Below, in pieces: positions 37,828-52,400 of a DNA stretch of 64,000 nucleotides (position 1 is its first letter; the number at the start of each line of letters is the position of its first letter). Both the position numbers and the translations under genes were made by a program. The stretch covers positions 30,324,437 through 30,388,436 of the forward strand of contig NC_092672.1 of assembly GCF_964355755.1 (NCBI RefSeq), given 5' to 3'. The notes beneath the pieces are model-generated. The model was given only the letters and a program-made list of their open reading frames with translations. It was not told the DNA's origin and ran no database searches. This DNA is from Antedon mediterranea (taxonomy: Eukaryota; Animalia; Echinodermata).

Positions 37828-39956
37828 TTAATAATTAAATATTTTTACATTTCTGTGTCCATAATTTGCCACTGCTAGTCTACGTGGATGGTGAGATACG
37901 ATGCATAATCCATAAGGAAATGTGATTCCTTCTTCTTTGCTATCAATCCTTTTTATAAACTTCCCACTATTACTAAATAGCTGTAGTTTGTGGTGACTTG
38001 ATATTATGATGTTGTCATTATCATCAACTGCTACTCCTTGTGGGTGCTTCACCATACCATCTTCATCACCTTCACTGACAAGAACTTTAATAAACTTTCC
38101 CTCATTATCAAATAGTTTTAAGCAGCTTTGTACACAGTAAAGTACAAGAATATATCCTTGTCTTGTAAGGGTGACATCAATGATATCAATGAAACCCATG
38201 TTATTCCATGGTGCTATTTTCTTAATGTGTTTGCCGCTTTCAATGTTAAACATGGCTACATTCCCATGATCAACTACATACATGACACGTGATGCTTCAT
38301 CCACATGGATACTACTTGGATATGTCAACTCCCCCTTACTAAATGATTTAACCACCTCACCATTCATAGTGCATACTGTGATACATTTATTACAATCATC
38401 ACTGAATGCTATATTATCATTGTTCATTGCGAACATTCTGTTGACCAGGACACCTTCTGATAGTGTAACCTTACCAATGTATTTACCTGATTGCTGGTAT
38501 TTGTGAATGGCATTTTCCATACTTGAAACAAGCAAGCATTCGTCTCCATATTTAACTACAGCAAAAACATCTTTATTTATTTTTATAGTGTTCAATAGTC
38601 CTTTCTCCACTTTAACAGTCATTGGTGCCGACTTCCTAATGGGTTCACCATCAACTTTAACATCAACCTTCCAAGTCCATGCACTTGTACCTATCACATG
38701 GTCACCGCTGTCATCTTCTTCCACTTCAGAGATGATAGTTTCTCCTGTTGGTTGTGTCAATGTAGCTTTTATGTCATTTGCGTGTATTTCACATTCATCA
38801 GTTTTCATTATTTTTACATCAATTGTTGGCAATGTCATACTCTCAGCTTCTCCTATTTCTAAACAGTCGACTGCCCTTGATTGTTTGACCATTCCAATAT
38901 CCGTCTGTAATGAAGCAACTTCTTGATTGTATTTCACAAAGTTTATCTCAACATTAACATCAGGTTTTGTTTTAGGTACTGCCTTGATCCTTTCATCCAG
39001 TGCTGTAATGACGTCATTACCGGATATCATCGCCGTTGCTTCATTGGCCTTCTCTATGTGATGTAGAAAATTGATGTCTGTATTTATATACGATATTTTC
39101 GTTATCACTTCTTCTAGTTCGGCATCAGTTGCTTTTCTCTTGATTATGTAAATTTCCTCCACCTCACTTTTTAGTTTGTCACCACTTTCTTTTATTCTTG
39201 ATACCAATTCCTTCACTTGATTATCAATCCTCTCAAACTCATTTCTCTATTTTCATCTAGTTTCTTAACACGATCAGTCATTACTTTAAGATCATCATTT
39301 AATTTAGCTGTACATTGTTTTGCCTCTTTTTCCAATTCCGCTGATGTTTGTTTAAACGTTTTAAACGCATCTGCTATGCTGATGGTCACGTGTTTGTCTT
39401 TTCCTTCCCATTCCTTGTGATCCTTGATCGAACAGTGTTTACAAATGGCAACATTGCATATTTTGCAAAACACAGTTAAAGGCTCATTGTGGACAGAACA
39501 CAGGGGCGGATGTATGGCATTGATTTCACTTACACTCAAAGATCGAACATCTTCCACTGAATGCAATTTGTGATTTTTGCAAGGTGGTATGTTCTTATGA
39601 TGGTCACTACACTCTTGGCACAAATATCGTCTGCAATTCTGACAGTAGGTTTTAACTTGACCTTCCTTTCCACAAATACAATTTATCTGATCTGTATTTG
39701 AAAACTGTTCAATTGTTTCTAACAAATTTTTCAGAAACGTATTGGGGGGTAATTTTTTTAGACCGCCCTCTGGAATCTGATAAGTTTTAGAGCAAGTTGG
39801 ACAGCTTACTTTGTTAGTTTTCTTCAACCAGTTGTCAAGACAACTCAGACAGAAGCTGTGAAGACATGTTAAGGTTCTGTGTTCATTGAGTCGATTAAAG
39901 CATATTTTGCACTCTAGAACTTTTTCACCAATAGCCAACTCACCACCGCTAGCCAT
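37828..39956 (-). pseudogene. TRIM-NHL copy C; full length with a single 1-bp deletion frameshift at ~39228
   Basis: ORFs 39213-39956 and 37828-39216 join if tcaatcctct is restored to tcaattcctct as in copies B, D and E. Could be a young pseudogene or a consensus error. Confidence 0.8.
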
Positions 39957-42900
39957 CTTGGATTGATCTGTAAAAAAATTATAATTTTCCTCAATAATAT
40001 ATAGGTTATTTTCTTGTTTTATTATAATTGTGCATTTATGGTATAATTTAATGCATTTGCCAATATTTTAATCATTCATTTTTATGTTTTAAATTTTTGA
40101 ACTTTAAATTGAAAAAGAATAACACGGTAATGATTTTCCATCAAACTTTAATATTATGGTGAAAAAATATTTTAAAGAAAAATAACGGTGGCGATATAAA
40201 ATGTAACCATGGTTTTGTGATTATTCATCCATTTTTTCAATTTCAGATTACATCCATAGGGAGAGCCTAACAATTTCAGTAGAGCATTATTAAAATAAAC
40301 TCTAAATGAGTTAAGTACCTTCACTGAGTAACCCCAAAGTGTCATACAATGCGATCGGATCCTTTGTGTGTTTATAACATTTAACTATATAAAGTACATA
40401 GATTCATGTCATTTGATTAGACGAATATGAGTCACATGATAAAAAAAATAAGTGAACTATTTTTACGATCATCGAGAGCGCGGTGTCGGTTTAATTTTCG
40501 ACCGGAATACCGGAACGATGCTACATCTGACAACAGCGGCTTCCGCATGCAATTTTGCACTTTTGAATAATGACGATGACATTATATGATACAGATTAAA
40601 AAAAACAAATAAAATATGCGGTCAGTAGGCTAGAGCCCTTTGCAGAACTTCAAGTACAACTTTGGCGGATGTAGAAAGAAAACGGTGCACTAATCCGAAC
40701 AAGGAATTCTACAAAATAGACCGAAGAACTTACTAACTAACTTACCTTTTGATGTTTTCAATATATTAGTGTTTGATAGTTGTGACAGACCCAATAGCTT
40801 TCAGATCTAAACAAAATGGCTCCGATATGAATGAATAGTGTTGTATTGGTGGTTCTTGTAGCGTTGGTATAGTTTTTGAGACTAGCATGATTGATTCTTT
40901 TATGTATAGTCTATTGATAAGAACACAACATTGTGCTTTACCCGGAAAAGTTTGAATATAGAATATTAAGGCATCATGATATTATAGAAAATTGTTTGTT
41001 ATTTTTATCCCACTATCAAACAGGGATTAAAAGACAATAACGGCCGGCCTTGGCTGTTGTATAACCACGGTGACGCTAATGTATAGGTTCATTATTGTAT
41101 AACAGAAAAGCCATACTCTAGTAAAAACAAATTATCTGTCCTACGTAAACCCGTGGCCATCAATCGTCCGAGGGATTACTTTTTTTTTTATTAACACCAA
41201 ATAACCAACTAGCTGTAATACTGGGTTAACCAAACAGGTCAAAACAGTTTGTAATATTACATAATTATCGTTTTATTGAACAGAATCAGCCATATTAATG
41301 ATTCAAATAAATTCCTGCGCCATTCTTAAACCATAGAGGAATTATTTGTTGACAAAGCTGCACCGAGTTTCGTTTAAGAGTGATTGTAGCTTTAACCAGG
41401 CTCGTTGTCTTTTGATGTACTCACTGTAACTCGTACAAGAAGTGATTATGATTAATAATATTATTAGCATTCAGTTTAGAGGATAGTAGTCATCCGTACT
41501 ACGTTTTTGCGTACAAAAACATTGACTTAAAGGTTGAGTATACACCTAACTATCGGCCTATAGAGCCTTTCGTTTTGTGTCAGGTTTTCCTGCAGAATTT
41601 ACTTCATAAAAAGCTAAGTTTTGGTTTTGTAGAAGATTCCTTCTCCTATGAATGAACTGGAGTAAAAATAGCCGCAGCGTGTAATTGTCACGTATGAGTA
41701 CAATTTCATGGAATGTAATTTTACGATTGTATTGATTATACTAATCACGTACGAGTTAGTGATATATTTGGATTGTGGAGTGTAGCGCCTAATACTACCT
41801 GCCTACGTTTTTCTTTTGTTTTTTGAGTGCCATGCCGATTCAAAATTTAATGGTAAAGAATTAAAATAATGATATTAAACCACTGCCTCATAAGTGACAT
41901 GCGTGTAGGCCTACTTGTGACACAAGTGACACTAAAGTACGCGCGAGTGTACCAGTGCTGTTAAATGACTTTTAAAAACGATGAACTTACGATCAGTATC
42001 AATTTATTTTCGATAAACATAATATGCTATGTCAAATGTCTAACATTATACATTCAAAGTTGCCCATAGAGGCAGACTTCTCACGTCAATTGCTTGCTTT
42101 ATATATATTTTTTCTTTAAGCATTTACAAGTCTAATAATCGTTTTACGTACAATGTTATACATATATATGCTGCATTACGGAATTTTCCTACATACATGA
42201 GAATCGGGTACATTGATTTTGGTGTAAACAAAGTAACAGCAACATTATTAGATATTGTTTAAATTTGTATAATGTCGGATAAACAATATTCGGGTTTGTG
42301 GTACACCCTGTGTTCCAAAAAGGAAATAATGTACAGTTGAGAGTATCTCAACGTTTCGGGATAGAAGCATACAACCGAAACGTCGAGATATTCTTAACTT
42401 ACTGTTTTTCTTTTTCGATAATAAACAGTTTGAGAGAGTAAATACACAGTCGTTCCGACTTGAAATCGGCGTTCGGCTTCATACGTAGATTGACACGTGG
42501 CATATGTATGCTCAAGTTCAGTTTTTAACTATTTCTCCATCCATCTCCATGTTATGATTCGAGTCTTTAAAATATACATCGTTCATGAAGAACAGTTATT
42601 TGAAATACATAATATAGATATGTGATGGCGCTAGTTAATCTTCGTCATGCATGATTACACATACATGTTAAAAACGACGTAGCTTACGTATAGCATAAAA
42701 AGAAGGCTATCGTAGTAAATGAAGTACGAATGAACTTACATTGTTGTTGTTACTTTGTACTTGTACGTGAGAATTCTGGAATGCAGCATAATACATAGAT
42801 CAAACTTGATCACATTAAAATCTGATACAATAAGGAAAGTAGCACATGTCAACCTACCATTAGCTAATGTAAATCAGGGTATTTATTATAACATTTTTAC

Positions 42901-42967
42901 CATACTAGATTAAAATTGACCATATCATTGCTAATGGAAATTGACATTTTGTTCTTGTACTTATATC

Positions 42968-45900
42968 TCATATGCAGTGTACAAGCCAGGCTCCACCATA
43001 ATCATATTTACCTTCTTCCTTGTTTCTGACAAATAATCTGAATTTATAATAACCTGTGCGCGCTAATTTAAACGTTATAACTATTTTATTACAATGTATA
43101 TCTTCTGTGGAATAAGCAACATCAAACTCGTTTTTGAGATCTTCCGTTTGCTTGTGAAAATTCAGTCTTCCAAGAATCTTTCCATGGGTACAAGATGTTA
43201 GAGTCAGTGTTGTGTCCTTGCCTAGAGGAGATGAAATAACGGCTGATTTTGGCTGAATAACAGAAAACCTATAGTCAAAAAGGGTCTGTACAGGGCCCCA
43301 TGGTCGGCTGTCGTTTGAAGGAAGTGGTAGTGACTGTTTTTTTCTTAGCATCAACTAACCAACTACCAATGCAAGTACCACTAAATTGACTAAACACGTC
43401 AAGACAATAAAACCCACACGTGGGTGGATAAAACTTAAATGTATATAATATTGTGTCATCATTTTGTTCAACAGAAACAGCCACGACACAATCATTCAAA
43501 TCAGTACCGGAGCCATTCTTAAACTTAAAAGTAATTCCTGTTCGTCGTTTAATCGTTGAAGCTATCACTAAACCAGGCTCTTCGTCTTTTTGATAAATCG
43601 TAGAAGAAGTTGGCGATTTAACTTGTAGATTATGAGCAATCATTTTAAATGTACAAGGCCCCCATGCTTTGTTTTTGCCAAATGCAAACACGTTGCCTTC
43701 ATATAGTTTAATAACATTAACCAGCCATCGGCCTGGTCTTTCGATTGTAAATCTAGTGTATCCATTTACTGTTTCAATAATAGGATGTGTTACAGATGAT
43801 TTAAATCCTCTGTCGATAAAACATGAAACTGATCCCAGAAAATATGTAAACTCTGGAAATAGTTGGGAACCAGTAACACCCGTCGCATGCGCTATAAATG
43901 CCATTAGCTTATCAAGCCCATCTTTTTTTGCACGGTCCGACAGACAAACAGGCTCACCTAATAATATGACCTTATAAACTCCAGCACGTGGCAAACGTAG
44001 TAATAATGTTGCCGTGTTTTCGTTTTCTATCAATGCTGTCGAATTTTTAACTGTCTGATTCGTTGCTTCGCATTTTAAATTATGTTCGTATGTCATCTTG
44101 TGTTTGCTGTGAAATATCAGCTCTATTCTATTGGAATCGGTTTTTATATAGCCTTCAGCTACCGATGGTTTTACACATGACACCTAAAACATATAACATT
44201 AGTAAAGTATATTATTACTAGGTGTGGACACGTGAACAGTGGGAAACAATTGGTTTTTACAAAAATGTACCTTGTAAAAATATGCTGATGGGTATACCCG
44301 CACCTGATTCATCCATTCATCTACATCACTTACTTGATCGTCAACCATTGCAAGTGCACTGTCGTCTGGTTTGTGAGAATAACGAAACGTTTCGGGCGGT
44401 GTCACGAAGTAGCCCTCGTTCCAACGGAAAACATATGTATATATGCCATCAACTTTCTCTGTTATAACATGAAAATATCAAGATTACCACTGATAATTTT
44501 TGAGTAGCGTCAATTCGCCGACCAATGTTTGATCAATGTGGGTCCATAGCTGAGAGAGTTAAAGTTTCTTAGGAGAACCTCACAGCCATATTGATAGAGG
44601 ATTTTTTTTTTGCATTATCTTTTTTACTGTTAAAATTGAACTATTAGTTTGTACAACCATAAAAATATTTTGTTTTAAAGTAATCTGGGTTCTCTATCAT
44701 ACAAACCACCTGGTTTCCTGAGACCCCATTCCATCATTTTCTTGAAACTTCGTAAATACTAATATTTCATTGTGATTTGTGATTTGATGAATAAATGTAT
44801 TTGTATTTGTTTATACAGGGTATATACCTACAAAACCAGATGCCCAAGTGGCATCGCACAAAAACCACGTATTTGATATCTTGACGCGATTCCACATATG
44901 TCTGGATATTCGTTTTCTTCCATTCACGTCATCGCCGATTTTGTATTTCTTTACTATACCTGAAATTTTCTCACAGTGTAGATCACACAATCTAAAATTA
45001 GAAATATATTTTCCTTGTTAAAAACGGATCAACACGGATGATGCTAATTAATTGTCACTTGTTTTATACATTATGCAGAAAATGAAATGAGCTAAAATTG
45101 TTAATTAGTTTGTGTATATGTAGACCTACTATGTACTGCTTATGTAGGCCTAGGAAAAAATAGTATTACAATTACAATTGTTTATATTTTTATATTATTT
45201 TGTAGAATATATTTTGCTACCAATTATTTCATTTTCGGTTTGTCATGTTTTTTATCACAACCAAAACTAATGTTCAAATAGTATGTAGAGTGTTTTTCTT
45301 ACCGACACCTTGCGAAGACCAGATTTGAATATCCCGCGCAGACACCAGTACATTCGTTCAACACGTCCTGGGGATCTGATGAGCCGCGTTGGCCGGTTGC
45401 CAGGTAGTTAACGTCATACTTTATATTGGTAGCTATCCATCGTATTATAACGCGCGCCTTATCATAGTCGCCTGATGTTGGCTTCATCAAATAGTCCACT
45501 AAACCTTTAATGTTCCGTTTTAGTGATTTTGGGGCCGATACAAGCATGTAACATCACATGTTATTTAAAGAATAGGCATATTAGTCCAGTCAAAAATCAC
45601 CCTCACCATGGTATAAGAACGTACCCTAATAAAATTTCATCCGTAGGTTCTATGTATATAGGTAATAACATTTCTTGATGTTGCGTCTTGCAAAACTTGG
45701 GATTTTACGAGAAAATTTGACTTTTATACCCAATTTATAACTACCTCATGTCGTATTATTGTGTACAGCGAATGCGACGAAGCGTGACTGAAATTACGAG
45801 ACGCCGTTTGCGCCCGTTGAAAAATGCATTAACAAAGCTAAAAACCTACAAAATTAATAGTTTATACAATAATTTAAATATAGTTTACAATAAATTGTAT

Positions 45901-48900
45901 AATAAAATACATAACATATAAAGAAAACTCAAGTATAATCTCAAATATTTACAGATATGTGTTTAAAAATGTACAAATCAAAATGGCCTTCCATAAAATA
46001 AAGTGCGCCCTCACTCGTCATACTTTTATCGGACTTGTATGGATGGTTATACAAGGCATTAATAATACGAAACCCGATGCGGTTTGTTAGTTATTGCCTC
46101 TGCAAGAGGCAGAATATTATATTTTCACAAATATATTTCTAGTTTTTATCATGGAAAAAAAGAATTGTATATATTTAAACACATTACAACCTCCAGTCTA
46201 CCATCATGATGGATTAAGTGAAGCGCCGTATTGTATATGCTATAGCGTAATGATCTTCTAGTTATCTGGTTATATTCTGGACATTCTTTTTTTCACAGCA
46301 TTACTTGCGTGGATATCACAATGCATTTGTTTATTCGCGATTATAGTCAATATTAATTTGAGTAAGAATCATTTTTAAATGACAGTCCATTTCGCGTATA
46401 CGATATAATAAAGATTTAAATTAATAAAGTACTCTGAAATATTTTCTCATTGGTTATCCGCAACAAAGAATCCTTGTGATTGTTAGTTTTGTTTAATTTT
46501 CTTTGAATTGTTTATTGGCATCGTATGATGTGTGAGACAATTTCGTGTTTTAGAAAATGTAATCCTGCCACCGAAGATTCTTTCTGTTCGAAGACCTCTG
46601 ACGGATAACTGTGTTATTCTTTTACATTTAATTAATTAATTAATGTTCATCTTCACTTTTGGGAAAAATAGCCTACATCTTTTATGTTTAAAACGTCATT
46701 TATAAGCATTTGAATAAGCCAACAAATTAAACTACTGTGTTCTCCCAAGCTTTTTAAATTTTATTTAAATGCATTAAAATGTGTCGGACTCGGCGGATAA
46801 CAATATTTGAAATAAATGCATATAAAACTTTTGTTCTGGACTTTACTTTTTTGTCCCAAGTGAGAACTTTCAGGCCGTGGAGGTGAACCGATCGTTTATG
46901 ACATGCTTTTGTGTATAAAATGTCCAATAATAATTGTAGGACTACTCTCAACCAAAACACTTTATATTAGAATGTATTTAATATACGTCACGTCTTAAAA
47001 AATTGGGAGAATTGGGTAATACAGTATGTCGTTTCTCGCGAATCACACTCCAACATTCTCACTTTCTTTTATTTAGTGAAATGTGAACGGTGGAAAAACG
47101 GAAAAATACTTTAAATTTAGAATGCTTTGAATTCTGGAAGACGACTTCGAACTTAAAGAATCGTCATGAATGACGTTTATTGGCTCAAACTTCACACATC
47201 GGTACGATGTGAAGGCCAGACGGATTCAGAGAGGATCAAACCGGCTCCTCCTCCCCATTGGCAGTGGGGGCATCGGCGGGTGAAAGGGAAAAATGATAAA
47301 TGTTGATTCAGACGAATGCCAACCAGCCCCTTTGATACGCTCTTAATAATTGTTGGAAAGTGAAAGTAGGGCTACTTGAGGTAGGGCCTAGTATCTTTCG
47401 TATAGGCCTACACGAAATGGATTATCCTTAAATGATTGGTTCTTACACTAATTAAGATCATAATCGCGAATGATAGTTTAAAATATGCAATGCATTGTGA
47501 TATCCACGCAAGTAATGCTGTTAAAAAAAAAGAATGTCTAAAAATAAAACCAGAAAAACTAGTAGATCATTCGGCGCTTCAGCAGATATACAAATATACA
47601 CTTAATCCATCATGATGGTATACTGGAGGTTGTAATGTGTTTAAATATATACAATTCTTTTTTTCCATGATAAAAATTGGAAATATATTTGTGAAAATAT
47701 AATATTCTGCCTCTTGCAGAGGCAATAACTAACAAACCGCATCGTGTTTCATATATTAATGCCTTGTATAACCATCCATACAAGTCCGATAAAAGTATGA
47801 CGAGTGAGGGCGCACTTTATTTTATGGAAGGCCATTTTGATTTGTACATTTTTAAACACATATCTGTAAATATTTGAGATTATACTTGGGTTTTCTTTAT
47901 ATGTTATGTATTTTATTATACAATTTATTGTAAACTATATTTAAATTATTGTATAAACTATTAATTTTGTAGGTTTTTAGCTTTGTTAATGCATTTTTCA
48001 ACGGGCGCTAACGGCGTCTCGTAATTTTAGTCACGCTTCGTCGAATTCGCTGTACACAATAATACGACATGAGGTAGTTATAAATTGGGTATAAAAGTCT
48101 AATTTTCTCGTAAAATCCCAAGTTTTGCAAGACGCAACATCAAGAAATGTTATTACCTATATACATAGAACCTACGGATGAAATTTTATTAGGGTACGTT
48201 CTTATACCATGGTGAGGGTGATTTTTGACTGGACCATATAGGTGACAAAATCATCACTCTAAAGCAGTAATTTACGTGTATTAAATGAAGGTAAAAAGTA
48301 TGTAGACCTCTAAGTTAGATGTGTATGGATGATTGATTTACTGTGGAAGTAATTCTTAATTAATAAGTTATTCTATTATATAATATTCAGTTCACATAAA
48401 GAACCAAGCGTATTCATTGTAAACGGAAATAAGAATGGATTTTTTTTTTCATTTAAACAATTGTATAGGCTAATTTGTGTGTTAATGTTAAGGAAATTGC
48501 AGTAGGCCTAAAATATTAATATTTAGAGACTGGTTTATCAAAATATCGAGAGTTTTTTTTTTCCTTGTATTGCCAAAACATTACCGGTATATAAAACAAA
48601 AGAAGAAAGTCAAAGCAGCAAATGCACAAAAGTGAGCTAAATTACAAAGTCAAAACGTGCATGTAACCTGTTACATGTCTGTAGTTAATTTTGGAAAAAA
48701 AGGACCACAAAGCCAATACTTTATCATTTACCAATTAGGCCTATAGGACTTCTATGATGTGAAGTACCTACCTTCTCCACATATTGATCAAGACGATTCA
48801 CGGTATCAAAGCCAGGATAGATGGCTTTATGTTCGGGTGTAAAGAAATGATGTAGATCATACTTGCAGGTCACATTTGTAGTGTTAGGTCTTGGAAAGGC

Positions 48901-49065
48901 TTGGCAGGCATCACTATAAGGTGTAAGCTGACGTTCTTTATTGCTTGTTTTTTTCGTTGTTTCTTCATCTGCAGTATTACAAACTTTAATATGCCTATCG
49001 GGAATATGAGTTGTTGCATTTACTATACTTGATGTAGTCGTATTTTTGGAAGACCCACACCCCAT
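42968..49065 (-). CDS. Kyphoscoliosis-peptidase/hillarin-like transglutaminase-fold protein with a dual-acylation N-terminus; possibly disabled
   Basis: Exons 49065-48772 (MGCGSSK...), 45535-45303 (KARVIIRWIATNIKYD...GVCAGYSNL), 44991-44828 (ISG.VK...HMWNRV...WFLCDATWASG), 44458-44271 (YFVTPPETFRYSHKP) and 44183-42968 (repeated beta-rich modules with WGP). Cys-His-Asp triad intact. Exon 2 acceptor reads CG, and there is a frameshift in the A-run at ~43337-43344. Confidence 0.82.
45582..48236. mobile_element. Non-autonomous Academ-like DNA transposon with ~750-bp terminal inverted repeats
   Basis: Starts TAGTCCAGTCAAAAATCACC and ends GGTGATTTTTGACTGGACCA. 3-bp TSD TAT (45579-45581 and 48237-48239). 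Arms ~45582-46327 and ~47489-48236. TAG termini with a 3-4-bp TSD are characteristic of Academ. Confidence 0.8.
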
Positions 49066-49194
49066 AATGTGATAGATTTGCAATCCGATAGCCTGAAATG
49101 AATAATAATAGCTATTAGAAGGTGTAACACTGACTGTACTGGTACATAACACCGAAGGCATGGCGCAGAAACTAGTACCCTATTGTTTTATTTC

Positions 49195-49412
49195 AATTGG
49201 AATGGGCCTACACTTATATAAATCTAGGCTCACGAACACTACCCTGAACGGTATAATCCATTTTAAGAAATTCCGAAATCCTGCATGAGGGGATAAGCTT
49301 CGCTTGAGAAAGTCTGTATAATAAAATTGGAATGGGCCTACACTTATTTAAATCTATGCTCATGAACACTACCCTGTAAAATCCATGTTAAGGAATTCCG
49401 AAATCCTGCACG
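49195..49412. repeat. ~131-bp-period direct duplication upstream of the first coding exon of the KY-like gene
   Basis: aattggaatgggcctacacttat...gaacactacc...aattccgaaatcctgca at 49195 and 49325. Confidence 0.8.
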
Positions 49413-52400
49413 CGATAAATAAGTGAGGAAACACACCCGTAGCACTTACGTATCTGGTGTACCAACACCAAACTAAACATAGTTTTAGACGATAGCCTAA
49501 CTTTTTATTACAATAAACACATTGTTGTTCGAGAAAAAAGAACTTACTAAGAATAGATAACAGTTTCGGTATATCTAGTTACGGTATTTCTTGATTCCTG
49601 ACATCAGCTGTGAGGCTACGCTGGTGGTTAAGTTGAGTAATGATGAAATGATTGTTAAAACGTATTTCAGTTAAAAATCAGTTTTAGTCATGTGAATTGT
49701 GAATTTGCTCTTTATATTTGCAATGGGCCTATAAAAAATAGGATAATAATGTTTACTTTACACTGGATACAATGTACAACATGTTTGTTACCGTTGAGAT
49801 CTCTATACAAACATATTTATAGTTGTTTGCTGTATTGTAGAATTATGACTTCAAGTAGGCATATTATCAGACGATGCGATACTTATATGTATGCTTTATA
49901 TACTGTAAGTAGGCCTAGACCAGGCGATAATACGATATATATGAGGGCTTTATATACCTTGTTAAAGGGTTACATTTCCCCCAGGAATTTTCTTACTATA
50001 TATTTTTATTGTCCCATCGTCAGCCATAACACAATCACCCAAATCAGTCCTTGAGATATTCTTAAACGGGAAAGTCTCGGTATCTCTATTTCAACATAAA
50101 ACATAAACAATTCAAGGCAAATACAAATCCATAGCAACCAAATTTGCTAAAGTGGGTATTTTTTTGTACAAAGTAGTTTACATCAATTACAAACTGTTTC
50201 ATATAACATTTTACCAATTAAGAAATTAAAAGGAAATTGTAAAAAAAATTAAAAGCAAACCAAAACAGTAGTAGTTGGAAGTAGTTCCTTTACGTCGTTT
50301 TGATTTACCTCTTCGTGATGTGAATATATCGATATTGTTAGCGGTTTAATTTGTAAATTATTAGCAATAATTTTAGATGTACAATGACCTCCATGCCACC
50401 TAACCTCCAACCCCCTTTTCTATCGTGAGGTACTCACTTGGTATAGCTGACTAGGGTGTATGTTCCCAACTAGTCATCATCGCAGTTTAATTGTTAACCA
50501 GTCTTTTTTTTTTCTTTTTAATACGTCGTTTAGAAATCATTTTAGACGTACTGTACATTGACCCCTAATTGTAAACATGATACTATAGACTTTCCCCATA
50601 AAGTCTGTAGATATTGACTTTTTTATGGTAGCTCACCAGTCAGCGTTTCGATTGTTGTCTGGAAAATACTGTATTTTAGAAATGCTATACGTATGAAACG
50701 CCATATATGCCAAACTATATTTTGAAAATATTTAGTCAAAACAGATTTGAAGTTAGACAAACACGATGCTTTCATTAAGGTAAATGTTTCACCTCTAAAT
50801 TGCATATTTAGAGTAATTTTTTTTCTCTCTTTCGTGGAGCAACCGACTTTTATTTCGTTCGAAACATTTAGTAACATATAAAAATACATATTATTAAAAT
50901 ATAAAACATTGCTATACAATACGGTACTTAAAAGTTCCTACAGTAAATTTGTAAAAAAAGACTTATAGCTTTTAAGAAATAAAAAAATAATAATTTTTCT
51001 TTCACATTATCCCATTTCCTTTGAGCCTTATGTATATTGCAAGCATTATGATTTTCTTTTAAATCTGGATAAACACGGGTCAAGACTGAAAACTGGTTAG
51101 TACTGTTTGAATGCTATTTTCTGTCTTCAGTCAACGTCAGTCCACAATTCATATGATTTTAAACAATGGTTTGTTTTGCTTACATTATTGCAGCGCGCAT
51201 TTTAAGTACATAGTTTAATATTAGAAAAATATTCAAGTTGTAAATGAGTCGATGATAGAAACGGGTGACAAATGAGTCACGGGGTTCATGTACGAGGCCT
51301 TATTATTGTTGGAGCCAACATAATATTATTTTTAGCTATTTTTTCATAAATAAAATACCGTGTTTATTCGAGTAAACGGCCCGCGCTTTGAATAAACGCC
51401 TCCGTCGAATAAACTCCCCCGTCGAATAAACTCCCCCATAAAACATCATTTTGAATAAACTCCTCGGGTCTTTATTTATTTTCTTGAATAAACACCCGGC
51501 CAAAAGCATATTATAAATTTCTATTTGTAGTAGAATTTATTAATTGACAAGATAATATACAGGTTACAAACAATTTCAAAACAATTTTTACTGTATATTA
51601 TCACTTTTCGATATTAAATGTGTTACCACATTTCACCCAAAAAATAAACGAATACCTCGAATAAGCGAATACTAATAAATACGGTATTGGAATAATCGTT
51701 CAAATGATTGTATGATCTCGATTGTGTTCCCAGGTATGTAAACGTTAAATAGACATTGTATACCGTATATAAAATAATCAAGAATAAAACTGGAATAATC
51801 GTGTATTAAATTTCATGACCGTGATCTTTAAGTGTTCCAATGTGTGTAAACGTTCAAATTCAAATCTTGTCCGTAATGCAAATATTTCTTTTTTTATTTG
51901 GCCTAACGTTTACTATGTTACACGAAGAAATAATTATAACTTTAAGTAATCTTAAAAGTTATACAGTACTGTACTGTCAACAACAGAACGACTGGTGGCG
52001 CTACATATCGTCACCAAGAATTTAGAGACCAATCCAAACACTAGTTTGAGGTAGTTGACAGCATGATAACGAAACGTCACTATTCATACTTTTTGCGTCT
52101 ATTCTTTTATTTTGGTAATGTTTATGTTGTTTATGTTGGCTCTGTGATTCAGATCAACGTAACATACATTATGAATGTAAAAACAAAGAAGACGAAAATT
52201 TGTGAGAGATATTTTTATTCGTGTACGAATTTTGTCGGACTACCTTCCAGCACAAACACACAATATCTAAAAGTGAAGCGAGGGAGAAAGATAGAATTAA
52301 GTCAAAACCTAAACTATTTTATTATACTACAAATTAACCTTAAATAGTAAGTTCATTTACATTATTTATTATTATAATTAATTATACACCCTCTAAGTAA

